A DNA stretch of 64,000 nt from Candidatus Krumholzibacteriota bacterium (GTDB taxonomy: Bacteria > Krumholzibacteriota > Krumholzibacteriia > LZORAL124-64-63). The notes under the pieces are model-generated. The model saw nothing but the letters and a program-made list of their open reading frames with translations, made no database searches and was not told the origin of the DNA. The stretch is from positions 29,807 through 93,806 of the forward strand of contig JBDLKA010000002.1 in NCBI GenBank assembly GCA_039714075.1, written 5' to 3'. Positions 37,666 to 47,961 of the stretch are shown here, piece by piece; the first letter of the stretch is position 1; every line of letters begins with the position of its first letter. Both the position numbers and the translations under genes were made by a program.

Positions 37666-38531
37666 CCGGGGATTCCGAAACCCGCCCCAGAACCCTGCGC
37701 CGTTTCCTGAACGCGGGTATCCTGCCCCGGGTGGCCGTCATCCTGGTGATGGTCCCCTGTCTGTATTTCATCACCCTGCGGGGTGGGTTGTTCTTCCTGA
37801 TCCTGGCGGATCTGATCATCCTGCTCGGTCTGCGGGAATTCTACGTCCTGATGAAGGCCAAGGGGTATCAACCCTTCGAGATCCTGGGGTATTTCTGTTC
37901 CCTGGCCATCAGCTGGTACGCCTGGCGCCAGGGCGTGGGGGTGCCGCTGATCCTGACCGGCAGCCTGTTGCTCATCATGATCCGCGAGCTGTTCCGCAAG
38001 GACATGACAAAGTCCCTGGCCCACATCGCGGTGACGGTTTTCGGGATCATGTATGTCGGCTGGATGGGCAGCCACCTGGTGATGATGCGGCAGTTGCCCG
38101 CCGCCCTGGGGGTGGAGGATTACATCGGCGCGAGGCTGGTGTTTTTTGCCGCCCTGGTGACCTGGGCCACCGACACCGGAGCCTACCTGTGCGGGGTGGC
38201 CATCGGACGCCACAAGTTGATCCCCCGCATCAGCCCCAAGAAAACGGTGGAGGGCGCGGTGGGCGGTCTGCTGGCCGCGGGTCTTTGCGGTTGGATCTGT
38301 TCGCAGGGGCTGACGCCTTTTTTGACACCGCTGGCCGCCACGGTGGTCGGCCTGATCGCCGGAGTCATGGCCCAGCTGGGCGACCTGGTGGAATCCATGA
38401 TAAAGAGAGACGTGGGCATCAAGGATACGGCGGAACTGATTCCCGGCCACGGCGGCGTCCTGGATCGTTTCGATTCGCTGCTGTTCACTGTCCCGGTGCT
38501 CTATTACTACTTCCGGTTCTTCATCGTCTGA
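37662..38531 (+). CDS. cdsA: Phosphatidate cytidylyltransferase
   Basis: Multi-pass membrane protein, C-terminal PGHGGVLDRFDSLLF motif. GTG overlapping the uppS stop. Confidence 0.85.
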   Translation: MTGDSETRPRTLRRFLNAGILPRVAVILVMVPCLYFITLRGGLFFLILADLIILLGLREFYVLMKAKGYQPFEILGYFCSLAISWYAWRQGVGVPLILTGSLLLIMIRELFRKDMTKSLAHIAVTVFGIMYVGWMGSHLVMMRQLPAALGVEDYIGARLVFFAALVTWATDTGAYLCGVAIGRHKLIPRISPKKTVEGAVGGLLAAGLCGWICSQGLTPFLTPLAATVVGLIAGVMAQLGDLVESMIKRDVGIKDTAELIPGHGGVLDRFDSLLFTVPVLYYYFRFFIV

Positions 38532-38565
38532 TTCTCGGACCCGCAAGGAGGGGGTGTCCCGCATC

Positions 38566-39837
38566 ATGAAACCCGGATCATCCGCACCGCGCCCAGGGCA
38601 ATCCCTGTATCCCTGCGGCCGTCCCCTGCGGGAATTCCCGCGGCCCCTGCGCCTGATCGTCCTCGGGGCCACGGGGTCCATCGGGACCCAGACCCTGGAC
38701 CTGGTCAAGCGCCATCCGGACAAGCTCCAGGTGGTCGCCGTGGGGTGCCGCTCCCGGGTCGGGGACCTGGCGCACCTGCTCCGGGACCTGGCCGCGGCCT
38801 GTCCGACGCACGAAAAGCCTTTGGTGGCGGTGACGGATCCGGCGGCCCACGCCGAGGCGGAGCGCCTGCCGGAAATGGCGAATCGATTGCTCGAGCCGGG
38901 GCCGCAGGGGCTCGTCGCCGCGGTCACCGATGCGACCGACGCCCACTGCCTGGTCAACGGACTGGTCGGCGCGGTCGGGTTGGAACCGACCCTGGCCGCC
39001 GCGGGCAGGGGGCTGAGGATCGCCCTGGCCAACAAGGAGTCGCTGGTGGTCGGAGGATCCCTGGTGGCCGAGGCGGTGGCCGCCGGCGGAGCCGAGATCC
39101 TGCCGGTGGATTCGGAACACGCGGCCATCGCCCAGTGTCTTTCCGGCCGCCGGGAAGAGGAAATCGCCCGTCTGATCCTGACCGCTTCGGGTGGACCCTT
39201 CCGCCAGACCAGCGCTGAGGACCTGGCCGATGTCACACTCGAACAGGTCCTGAAACACCCCACCTGGAACATGGGACCCAAAATCACTGTTGACTCGGCG
39301 ACCATGATGAACAAGGGGCTGGAGATCATCGAGGCCCACCATCTGTTCGGGTTGCCGTACGATGATATCGAGGTGGTGGTGCATCCCGGCTCCATCGTCC
39401 ACTCCCTGGTCGAGTTCGTCGATGGCGCCCTGCTGGCCCAGCTGGGAACGCCGGACATGCGGATCCCCCTGCAGTACGCCATCAGCGGGGAAAAGCATTG
39501 GCCGCTGGAGACCGGCAGGCTAGATTTGCTGGAAACCGGATCCCTTCTTTTCGAAGCTCCGGATCCGGAGCGTTTCCCCTGTCTGCGTCTGGCCCGCGAG
39601 GCCGGCGCCGCCGGAGGGTCCGCGCCCATTGTCCTGAATGCGGCCAACGAGGAAGCCGTCGCGGCTTTGCTGGACCGCCGTATCCTGTTCGGGGATATCC
39701 CGAACATCATAGAAGATTGCCTGGCGGCCGAAGCGCCGGGCGAGGTTCCCGACCTCGCCACCGCTTTGGCTGTCGATAAACAAGCCCGCAGGACGGCCGC
39801 CGGTCATATCGACCGCCGGTCGGCCGCCGGCAAATGA
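38566..39837 (+). CDS. dxr: 1-deoxy-D-xylulose 5-phosphate reductoisomerase
   Basis: LGATGSIGTQTLDLV NADPH-binding N-terminus, LANKESLVVGG..., AAGGAGGGGG Shine-Dalgarno. Confidence 0.9.
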   Translation: MKPGSSAPRPGQSLYPCGRPLREFPRPLRLIVLGATGSIGTQTLDLVKRHPDKLQVVAVGCRSRVGDLAHLLRDLAAACPTHEKPLVAVTDPAAHAEAERLPEMANRLLEPGPQGLVAAVTDATDAHCLVNGLVGAVGLEPTLAAAGRGLRIALANKESLVVGGSLVAEAVAAGGAEILPVDSEHAAIAQCLSGRREEEIARLILTASGGPFRQTSAEDLADVTLEQVLKHPTWNMGPKITVDSATMMNKGLEIIEAHHLFGLPYDDIEVVVHPGSIVHSLVEFVDGALLAQLGTPDMRIPLQYAISGEKHWPLETGRLDLLETGSLLFEAPDPERFPCLRLAREAGAAGGSAPIVLNAANEEAVAALLDRRILFGDIPNIIEDCLAAEAPGEVPDLATALAVDKQARRTAAGHIDRRSAAGK

Positions 39838-39844
39838 GGTCGAT

Positions 39845-41257
39845 TTGTCCAGCAGCCTGATCATCACGATTTTCGCCTTTCTGCTGACCCTGGGTCTTGT
39901 GGTCATCGTTCACGAGTTGGGGCATTTCCTGTTCTGCAAACTTTTCGGGATCTACGTGAAGACCTTTTCCATCGGTATCGGTCCCAAATTCCTGCGCAAG
40001 CGCTGGGGGGAGACCGAATACGTGCTGTCGGCCATTCCGTTCGGCGGCTACGTCAAGATGGCCGGCGAAGGGGTGATGGAGGAGATCCAGGATACCGGCA
40101 CCTGGGAGGAACGAAAGTATCCCCTGGGAACCGAGGAGGGGAACGCCGAAGCCGCGGGCATCGACGATCATATCCCGCCCCACCGGCTGCTGCATTCGCG
40201 CCCCGCGTGGCAAAGGCTGCTGGTGTTCATCGCCGGCCCGCTGTTCAACCTGGTGCTTTCTTTCCTGCTGTACACGGGGCTGGTCCTCAGCAACGGTCTG
40301 CAGAACATTCCCTTCACCACGGTGGGCGAGATCCGCGCCGATTCCCCCGCCATGGCGGCCGATTTCCGGGCCGGGGATGAAATCCTGACGGTCAACGGCC
40401 GAACCGTGGAGAACTGGGGGGAGATCGAAAACGCCCTGGTCCCGGTGGAGCTGCGAAAAACCGGCGAGGTGCCGCCCTCGACAGTGGAAGTCCGGCGCGA
40501 CGGCACGGTCGTGGACCTGGAACTCCAACCACTTTTCGATGGCGAGGCCGGCTACTGGACTCTCGGCCTGGAGGTCTGGAACACCACCGTCGGCCTGGTG
40601 AAACGGAACGGTCCCGCCGCGGATCTCGGCCTGCAGACCGGGGACGTGGTGCAGTCGGTGAACGGCAAGCCGGTGACCTCGTTCAGCGGCATCGCCCGCA
40701 TCATCAACGACAACCCGGACGAGGAAATCGAAATCATCTGGCTGCGGGACGGCCAGGTCATGAGCGGGCTGGTGGTCCCCGAGCTCAAGGAAACCCAGCC
40801 GGGGGTCATGAAGGGGCGCATCTTCATGGAGCCCTTCTTCGCCTACGAAAAGGTCGGCCTGGGCACTGCCATGGTCATGGGTTACGAACGGACCATCGGG
40901 ACCATCAAGATCACCGTGGGCGTGCTGCGGGATTTCGTGCTGCGCCGTCTGGGGCTGGACGCGGTCGGCGGTCCCCTCAGGATCGGCCAGGCCGCCGGGG
41001 AGATGTTGAGCTGGAGTTTTTCGCACCTGATGTACTTCGTCGCCTTCTTCTCCATCAACCTGTTTTTGCTGAACCTGATGCCGATTCCGGTCCTGGACGG
41101 AGGGCATGTGCTGTTCCTGCTGGTTGAAGTGGCCCGGGGCGGCAAGCCGGTGCCGGAAAGGCTGCAGGCGATCGCCACGCAGGTGGGCCTGATCATCCTG
41201 CTGCTGTTCATGACTTTCGTGGTCGTGCTCGATGTCTGGAAGGTGACCGGGCACTAG
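39845..41257 (+). CDS. rseP: Site-2 protease RseP (M50 zinc metalloprotease with PDZ domains)
   Basis: HELGHFLF HExxH motif, PDZ region, C-terminal LDGGH motif. Confidence 0.9.
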   Translation: MSSSLIITIFAFLLTLGLVVIVHELGHFLFCKLFGIYVKTFSIGIGPKFLRKRWGETEYVLSAIPFGGYVKMAGEGVMEEIQDTGTWEERKYPLGTEEGNAEAAGIDDHIPPHRLLHSRPAWQRLLVFIAGPLFNLVLSFLLYTGLVLSNGLQNIPFTTVGEIRADSPAMAADFRAGDEILTVNGRTVENWGEIENALVPVELRKTGEVPPSTVEVRRDGTVVDLELQPLFDGEAGYWTLGLEVWNTTVGLVKRNGPAADLGLQTGDVVQSVNGKPVTSFSGIARIINDNPDEEIEIIWLRDGQVMSGLVVPELKETQPGVMKGRIFMEPFFAYEKVGLGTAMVMGYERTIGTIKITVGVLRDFVLRRLGLDAVGGPLRIGQAAGEMLSWSFSHLMYFVAFFSINLFLLNLMPIPVLDGGHVLFLLVEVARGGKPVPERLQAIATQVGLIILLLFMTFVVVLDVWKVTGH

Positions 41258-41700
41258 TTCCCGGTGCCGGCGCCATCCCCGTCCGCGGGGTTCGGCTCCG
41301 GCGCGAGGGGAACCGGATCCGGGAGCGGCCTGGTCAGCCTCTCGAAACCGGACGAGGCTCTCAGGGAATCCTGTTCGGCGGCCAGCACGCGGCGCAGCAA
41401 GGCGGCCACGGCCTCGGAGCGGAGGGGTTCGTCCGGAGCCCCGGTCAGGGTCAGGTCCAGGGAGCTGTCGCCCCAGGCGGCAGCCAGGGAATCAAGGAGC
41501 GCGTCACCGGCGGCACGGTCCAGGAGGGCCACGGTCTTGGCCCGTTCGAGGATGACCATGCGCTCCACAAAGACGAATTCGCCCGCGGAAAGGTCTTCCA
41601 GGGTCAACGGCGGTTCGTTCTTTTCGCATCCTGCCGCCGGCAGCAGGCAGGCCAGCAGGAGCGGCAGGTACAGGCGGCGGTAAGAGGTTTTTGTCGTCAT
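41254..41700 (-). CDS. Small lipoprotein of unknown function
   Basis: Lipobox LLPAAGC after a basic N-region (MTTKTSYRRLYLPLLLACLLPAAGC). GGGGA Shine-Dalgarno ~8 nt upstream. Convergent with rseP (4-nt overlap). Confidence 0.55.
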   Translation of the reverse strand: MTTKTSYRRLYLPLLLACLLPAAGCEKNEPPLTLEDLSAGEFVFVERMVILERAKTVALLDRAAGDALLDSLAAAWGDSSLDLTLTGAPDEPLRSEAVAALLRRVLAAEQDSLRASSGFERLTRPLPDPVPLAPEPNPADGDGAGTGN

Positions 41701-41903
41701 GGCCGTTTTCCCCGGTCAAGGTTCAAGGTGACGGTCGCCGGTGGCCAAACGCGGCTCCGGTCTGGGGATCAAGGGGCGAACTGCTGCCGCCGCGAACCCG
41801 AAAAAGGACATTACATCAGCCACCCGGTTTTTCCACGACTTTTACCGGAGTGGGCTGGAGACGGAGCAGGGATTTGAAAACAGGCGAGACGCCAGACAAC
41901 GGA

Positions 41904-43985
41904 TTGCGGATACCGGCCTGGAGCCGTGGTGTCCGCTTTTTTGTCTGCGCCCTGTGCCTGCTGGGTTCCGCGGTTGGTGTTGCCCTCGCCGACGAGGAGC
42001 TGGACTACGGACTGGAAACCCATCGGCTGGCCCGGATCGAGATATCCGGCAACACAACCTACTCCTCCGGCGAACTCAAGAAACTGCTGCGGATCCAGGA
42101 GGCGACCTGGACGCGTCCCCTGCACATCGCCAAATACCGTCCCCATCTGGTGGACACCCAGGTCGGTCTGCTGGAAACGTTCTACCGCAACCGGGGGTTC
42201 CATCAGGTTTCCGCGAACCTCGATTCCATCTCCACGGTGGTCCAGGAAGGGGATGTCCTGCACATCTCCATCGACGAGGGGCCGCGCACCATCATCAGCC
42301 GGGTCGCCTTCGAGGGAAACGGTCCGGTCTCTGAAAGCAGGTTGCGGGAGGTTCTGCGCCTGGTCGAGGGGCAGCCCGCGCCGGCGGACCTGAATGCCTT
42401 CGGCGGGGACATCTACGCCATCCGCGATCTGTACCGCAACGAAACCTATCTCGACGCCACCGTCCGTCCGTCCATGATGATAGAGAAAGTTCCCGGCGGC
42501 CCCGGTTACCAGGCGTATGTTTCCTACTTCATCAGGCCGGGGCAGGCCTACACCGTGGGTGAGATCAGGCTGGCCGGCAATGTCTCCACCCACGACAACC
42601 TGCTGACCCGGGAACTGGTGATCGCCGAGGGCCAGCCCCTCTACTGGCAGCTGGTCGAGGATTCGCGGCGGCAGTTGCTGGCCACCTCCCTTTTCCGGGA
42701 TGTGACCATCGTGCCCGTGGCGGTGGACACGACCAGCGGGCAGGCCGACCTGGTGGTCAGGGTCATCGAGCGCAAGCCCGCCTTCTACGAGTTCGGCGTT
42801 GGGGTGGGGAGCCTGGAACGGATCCGGGTCCTGGCCGCCTGGGGGCACTACAACCTGTGGGGGACCGGGCGTCGTTTCCAGATCCGCACCCGCGGTTCGT
42901 GGAACGTGGAGGATGTGGTCGGCAACCCCATCCGGTTCGATCAGGGGCAGATCAACTACCGGGTCGACGCCCAATACGTGAATCCCCACATCCGTAATAG
43001 TCGCTTCAGTTTCGACCTCGACCTTTACACAAAACGTGAAACCCGCGGCGAGTCGGGCCTGAACATGGTCAGCCACGGTTTCAACGTGGGTTCGACCTGG
43101 AAGGCCAGCCGCCGGGTGACCAACAACGCCTATTTCGGCCTGAAGGTCACTTCGCCCACGGTCCATCCCCACGCTCCGGACAGCCTCAAGGTCCGTTTCG
43201 AGGAACTGGGCGGCACCACGGATCAGACGCGTTCGATCAACTGGGCCATCTACATCGATCACCGGGACGACCTATTCCGGCCGACCCGGGGCATGTACAC
43301 CGTGGTGACGGCCAAACTCGCCGGCGGCTTGATGGCCGGCGATTTCAGTTTCTTCAAGTGGTCGACCGCTTGGCACAACTACCATCGGACCCCCATCGGG
43401 GGCACGCTGGCCCTGCGGTTCATGGCGGGCGGAACCCGGCCCTACGGGCGGTCCCTGGACAGGGGGCCGGACGGGGTGCCCTACGACGACCGGTTTTTCG
43501 CCGGGGGATCCTCGACCGTCCGCGGTTACCGGCACAATTCCCTGGGACCGCAGGTCACCGACCAGGACGAACTCGATCGTCTCAACTACTCTTCGGACGT
43601 GCTGCTGCCGGACAATCCCGCCCGTGGCGGCAACTACCTGATGCTGACCAACGTGGAATGGCGTTTTCCCCTTCCGGTGCTGCGGCGCTGGAAATTCTCG
43701 AGCGTTTTCTTCTTCGAGGGCGGTAATGTCTGGGCCCAGTTGAGGGATGTCCGGATGCGCGGTTTCCGCCTGTCCTCCGAACCGGGTGATCCCCAGGATC
43801 AGGCGTCGACCAAGGATTGGGATTACCGTTACAGCTACGGGACGGGGATCCGCTTCGACACGCCTTTCGGACCGGTGCGTGTGGATGTGGGTTTCCCCCT
43901 GAAGCGCGTGCGTTATGTCAGTGAAACCCGTGACCTCCAGGATCCGAAGATCCTGTGGCATTTTTCCCTGGGGTACCCGTTCTGA
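41904..43985 (+). CDS. bamA: Outer-membrane protein assembly factor, BamA/Omp85 family (POTRA repeats plus C-terminal beta-barrel)
   Basis: Signal peptide MRIPAWSRGVRFFVCALCLLGSAVGVALA from a TTG start (the start is approximate; an alternative GTG at 41850 exists). C-terminal ...GTGIRFDTPFGPVRVDVGFPL...FSLGYPF barrel terminus. Confidence 0.8.
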   Translation: MRIPAWSRGVRFFVCALCLLGSAVGVALADEELDYGLETHRLARIEISGNTTYSSGELKKLLRIQEATWTRPLHIAKYRPHLVDTQVGLLETFYRNRGFHQVSANLDSISTVVQEGDVLHISIDEGPRTIISRVAFEGNGPVSESRLREVLRLVEGQPAPADLNAFGGDIYAIRDLYRNETYLDATVRPSMMIEKVPGGPGYQAYVSYFIRPGQAYTVGEIRLAGNVSTHDNLLTRELVIAEGQPLYWQLVEDSRRQLLATSLFRDVTIVPVAVDTTSGQADLVVRVIERKPAFYEFGVGVGSLERIRVLAAWGHYNLWGTGRRFQIRTRGSWNVEDVVGNPIRFDQGQINYRVDAQYVNPHIRNSRFSFDLDLYTKRETRGESGLNMVSHGFNVGSTWKASRRVTNNAYFGLKVTSPTVHPHAPDSLKVRFEELGGTTDQTRSINWAIYIDHRDDLFRPTRGMYTVVTAKLAGGLMAGDFSFFKWSTAWHNYHRTPIGGTLALRFMAGGTRPYGRSLDRGPDGVPYDDRFFAGGSSTVRGYRHNSLGPQVTDQDELDRLNYSSDVLLPDNPARGGNYLMLTNVEWRFPLPVLRRWKFSSVFFFEGGNVWAQLRDVRMRGFRLSSEPGDPQDQASTKDWDYRYSYGTGIRFDTPFGPVRVDVGFPLKRVRYVSETRDLQDPKILWHFSLGYPF

Positions 43986-46900
43986 TGCGTTTGGTCAGAC
44001 CACAGAAACTGCCTCTTATGGTCGCCTGGGTGGTGATCGCCGGGGTGATCTACTGGCTGGGATCCCATCCCAACCTGGTCGCTCCCTATGGCTCGAACCT
44101 GGTCAGCCGCCATCTGCTGCGGATCGAGGGCGGGGGCCTGCGGGTCCGGGACTTCCGCGTGCGGGCCTTCGAGGGGCTGGACCTTTACGGAGTGTCCCTG
44201 ACCCTGCCCGGCAAATCCGGCGGCATGACCCTGATGTCGGCCGATACGGTGACCGTGGATTTCAAGCTCCAGGAGGCCCTCGGTGCGGTGCCCCACCTGC
44301 GCCGGGTCGTCGTGACCAGTCCCGAGATCTATTCCATGGCCGGCAACGACACGACCAGCGGCGATGACTCCGGCACCATCGACCTGAAGTTGCCCTCCCT
44401 TTTGATCGAACACCTCGTGGTGCGGGACGCCTTTCTCGAATTTTCCGATTCCGGCGGCCGCCTGGAACAAAGGCTTCCCGACATCGATTTCCGGGGCAGG
44501 GTGCGGACCGGAAACGAAGTGCGGGCCGTCCTCCGCGGCCTCGACGCGGACTGGGAGACCCATGAAAGCAGGCTGACCGGAATCAGGGGCGAGGTTACGG
44601 TCGGCCCCGAGGGGATTGAAGTGGCCGGCCTGGGCGGGTTCCTGAACGAGCATCCCGTCAAGGTGGACGGGGGGCGGCGCTGGGACGGGGATCTGGATAT
44701 CGCGGTCACCGGCAGGGGTGTCTCGGTGGCCGAGGTCGAGAGCCTGATCGACCAGACCCTCGGCTTCAATGCGGCCGGGGATATCGAGGGCACCTTCAGG
44801 AAAGAGGGAGACCTCGTTTTCTACGAGGGCGAATTCGGCGGTGAACTGGAGGGCTACCAGGTTCAGGACCTGACCGGGCGTGCGACCATCAGTTCAGCAG
44901 AGGTCCTGTTGGAGGACATGGAGGGCATCATCAACGAGGCCGGGTTCCAGGGTGGAGGCAGGTTCGATATCAGCAACGATCTGTCCGTCACCTTCGCTCT
45001 GGAAGGGGATGTCTGGGATGTCGACCTGGCCGAGGGCCTGGTTCCCGGTGAGGGTGAAATGCCCCGCACCGATGGCGTGGGCCGGTTGCGGATCGAGCAC
45101 AGCGACTACCCCGAATGGACGCGGGTTTCCGGCGTGCTGAACGACGGGTTCATTGAATTCATGCCGTTCGACACCTGCTACGTGGAAGTCGTCGCCACCG
45201 GTGATTCCGTGTTCTTCAACCGGGTCGAAATCATGTACGGAAACCTTCACGGCATGCTGGAGGGCGCTGCCGATACGGCGGACAATTTCGACGGTTACGT
45301 GAGCGTCAACTCCGAGAACATCAATGCCCTGCCGCCGGACTGGAACTGGCCGCCGACCACCGGCCGTCTGAACGGGCAAGGGGCGGTGGCCGGACCCCTG
45401 GACGCCCTGGTCTTCGAGGGATGGGTCAACCTCTACCAGTTCGGTTTCGGAGCCCTGGGCGCGGGTTCCGGGGAAGTGGCCCTGGTTGTGGAGGATCTTC
45501 TGGGCGCCCAGATCATCACCGCGGGCGTGGACGGCCGGGACTTCTCCATCGGCGGGGTCCCCTTCGGGGATTTCAGTCTGTGGGGATCGGCCGGCCCGAC
45601 CAGTGCCCGGGTCGATTCCTTCCGGACCGATCTGGGCGATACGAATATCTTCCTGCGCTTCCGGGCGGATTACGCGGATTCGGTCAGCGAACTCCAGGTG
45701 GATGAATTCCAGGTCGATCTGGAAGGGACCCTCTGGGCCATCGACGAACCGGTGGATTTTTCCGTGGGCGGCGGCCATTTCTGGCTGCCGGGAATGCGGC
45801 TGTCCTCGGACCAGGGCGCCCTGGTCGTCAACGGCCTCTATGAAAAGGACCAGGTCGTCGCCGGCAGTCTGCAGTTGGAAAGCTTCGACCTCGCCCTGCT
45901 GAACCCCTTCATCAGGACCGAACACGAGCTGGCCGGACGCATGACCGCCGACGTCGTGGTCGGCGGCGAACCCGCCTCGCCCCAGGTGAACCTGACGGCC
46001 GACCTGGTGGACGCCCCCTTCACCCTGGCCGATGTTCATTCCATGCACGTGATCGCGGGCTTCAACGAGGGCGCTGTGGATTTCGAGGAACTCGACCTGC
46101 GGAGCAATTTCGGCCGGGTCACGGGGAAGGGGACGGTGTCGAATCCGGGTGCGGGGTTCGACGAATACTGGGCCGGGTCGGCCCTGGACCTGGACCTGAC
46201 GATACATGAGGGCGACTGGGCCTTCCTCGACCAGTTCGCCCTGCCCGCCCTCGATCGTTTGGCGGGTCTTTTCGAGGGTGACCTGCAGGTTGCCGGAAGT
46301 GTCCGGGATCCCTTGATCACCGGTAAGGTTCATAGTGCGCCCTTTAACATCCACTGGCTCCATCTTGACGAACTCGCCAGCGACATCCAGGTCGACAGCC
46401 GGTCGATGGTCCTGGGGGACATGGCCGGCCACAAGAACGACCTGACGTTGACCGGCCGGATCGAGATTCCTCTGGTCCTGGACCTGATCAGTGAACCGAC
46501 CTCGCCGCCGGACGGGCCCTTTTTCATGCAGCTGGACATTCCCTGGGGCAGCAATCTGGCTCCGCTGGCCCAGGCCACCAACGCCTTCATCACCGCCAGC
46601 GGGACGGGCGGGGCCCATGTTGTCGTTTCCGGTCCCCTGGAGCATCCCCTTTACCAGGGAACGGTGGAAATCGATAACGGGGGCTTCGTCCTGCGGAACC
46701 TGCAGGAGGTCTATCACAAGGTTTCCGCCGAAGGCATCCTGCGCGGCGACGAATTGAAGGTGTTCAATATCCGGGGCAAAGAGGGTCTGCGCGGCAGTTT
46801 CACCGGCGAGGGGCAGGTCCTGTTCCGGGGTCTGGAGATGGAGTCCTTCGACATCCAGCTGGACCTGGACCGGTTCCTGGTCGCCTCCATTCCCGATCTG

Positions 46901-47845
46901 GCCGTTGTGGTCAGCGGGCGAGGTGGGCGTTTGACCAGTGTGCCGGTGGGGCCGGACAGCACCCTGGTCCCCAAGTTCAGCGGTCGCCTGGAGGTCATGA
47001 AGGCCCGTTACGTGGGCAACTTCAGCGAAAACAACGGCGGAAACGATCCCCTGCAGGCCACCGTCGCTCCCGATTGGCTGGCGGATCTGCGCCTGCACGC
47101 CCAGCCGCGGGTGGCCACCATCATCAACCGCGAACTCGAATTGTACATGGGGGGCGATCTGGATCTGATCCGCACCGAAGGGGGGCTTTACCTGCGGGGA
47201 TCCCTGGACGTTAATTCGGGTCGCCTGATCGTCTTCAACAACAATTTCGAGGTGCAACGGGGCCGGTTGGATTTCAGCCGGGAACTGGGTTTCGATCCCC
47301 GGGTCGATCTGGACGCGGAAACGAAATACCGCCTGCGCAGCCAGCACTCGAGCAACAGCATCATCGAGGTCATCGGGGTGCACGTCTCCGGTCCTCTGTC
47401 CGGTCCGGACATCCAGTTCTCGTCCGACCGCGGTTATTCCCGCGAAGCCATCCAGCGCATGCTGCTGGGACTCGAGCCCCACGCCACGCCCGAAGGGGAT
47501 TCGGGGCGGCTGGCCAACACTTCGATCGCCGCGGGCTTCAACATCATCGAACGGGAAATCGCACGCGAACTGGACATCTTCGACACCTTCGAGATCGACC
47601 AGATCCAGCGCCAGCGCGAGACCGGCGATACGGGTCTGGATCCGCTGATCGGCGTGGGCAAGTACATCGGCAGCGATCTGTACCTGAAATACGCCCAGGG
47701 CATCCGGCAGGACGACCGCGATTTCATCGTCGAGTACCAGATCAACCAGCACCTGCTGCTGCAGTCCGAGATCAGGCGCCGCATCGACGAGAACCAGGGG
47801 GAGTCGACGTACAACCTGGATCTCAAGTACCGGTTCGAATATTAG
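43985..47845 (+). CDS. TamB-like translocation and assembly module protein (AsmA/DUF490 C-terminus)
   Basis: N-terminal transmembrane anchor, ~1290 aa beta-rich protein, C-terminal DUF490-type region (...GKYIGSDLYLKYAQGI...YNLDLKYRFEY). Start overlaps the bamA stop. Confidence 0.8.
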   Translation: MRLVRPQKLPLMVAWVVIAGVIYWLGSHPNLVAPYGSNLVSRHLLRIEGGGLRVRDFRVRAFEGLDLYGVSLTLPGKSGGMTLMSADTVTVDFKLQEALGAVPHLRRVVVTSPEIYSMAGNDTTSGDDSGTIDLKLPSLLIEHLVVRDAFLEFSDSGGRLEQRLPDIDFRGRVRTGNEVRAVLRGLDADWETHESRLTGIRGEVTVGPEGIEVAGLGGFLNEHPVKVDGGRRWDGDLDIAVTGRGVSVAEVESLIDQTLGFNAAGDIEGTFRKEGDLVFYEGEFGGELEGYQVQDLTGRATISSAEVLLEDMEGIINEAGFQGGGRFDISNDLSVTFALEGDVWDVDLAEGLVPGEGEMPRTDGVGRLRIEHSDYPEWTRVSGVLNDGFIEFMPFDTCYVEVVATGDSVFFNRVEIMYGNLHGMLEGAADTADNFDGYVSVNSENINALPPDWNWPPTTGRLNGQGAVAGPLDALVFEGWVNLYQFGFGALGAGSGEVALVVEDLLGAQIITAGVDGRDFSIGGVPFGDFSLWGSAGPTSARVDSFRTDLGDTNIFLRFRADYADSVSELQVDEFQVDLEGTLWAIDEPVDFSVGGGHFWLPGMRLSSDQGALVVNGLYEKDQVVAGSLQLESFDLALLNPFIRTEHELAGRMTADVVVGGEPASPQVNLTADLVDAPFTLADVHSMHVIAGFNEGAVDFEELDLRSNFGRVTGKGTVSNPGAGFDEYWAGSALDLDLTIHEGDWAFLDQFALPALDRLAGLFEGDLQVAGSVRDPLITGKVHSAPFNIHWLHLDELASDIQVDSRSMVLGDMAGHKNDLTLTGRIEIPLVLDLISEPTSPPDGPFFMQLDIPWGSNLAPLAQATNAFITASGTGGAHVVVSGPLEHPLYQGTVEIDNGGFVLRNLQEVYHKVSAEGILRGDELKVFNIRGKEGLRGSFTGEGQVLFRGLEMESFDIQLDLDRFLVASIPDLAVVVSGRGGRLTSVPVGPDSTLVPKFSGRLEVMKARYVGNFSENNGGNDPLQATVAPDWLADLRLHAQPRVATIINRELELYMGGDLDLIRTEGGLYLRGSLDVNSGRLIVFNNNFEVQRGRLDFSRELGFDPRVDLDAETKYRLRSQHSSNSIIEVIGVHVSGPLSGPDIQFSSDRGYSREAIQRMLLGLEPHATPEGDSGRLANTSIAAGFNIIEREIARELDIFDTFEIDQIQRQRETGDTGLDPLIGVGKYIGSDLYLKYAQGIRQDDRDFIVEYQINQHLLLQSEIRRRIDENQGESTYNLDLKYRFEY

Positions 47846-47899
47846 GCTGGGCCTTTGGAACCGTGTGGCTGAATTATCCAGCAAGGATAACCAAATGGG

Positions 47900-47931
47900 A
47901 AAAACAGGTGCCCCCGGGGGCACCTGTTTTT
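47900..47931. terminator. Bidirectional intrinsic terminator between convergent genes
   Basis: AAAAACAGGTGCCCCC|GGGGGCACCTGTTTTT: perfect 13-bp stem flanked by an A-run and a T-run. Confidence 0.7.
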
Positions 47932-47961
47932 GATGTCTGGACTGTCCTCAAGTGTCAGACG

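Noticed and set aside
44894-47923. 1009-aa minus-strand ORF antisense to the tamB-like gene
   Set aside because: Antisense GC artefact. The sense frame has a conserved TamB C-terminus and operon coupling to bamA.
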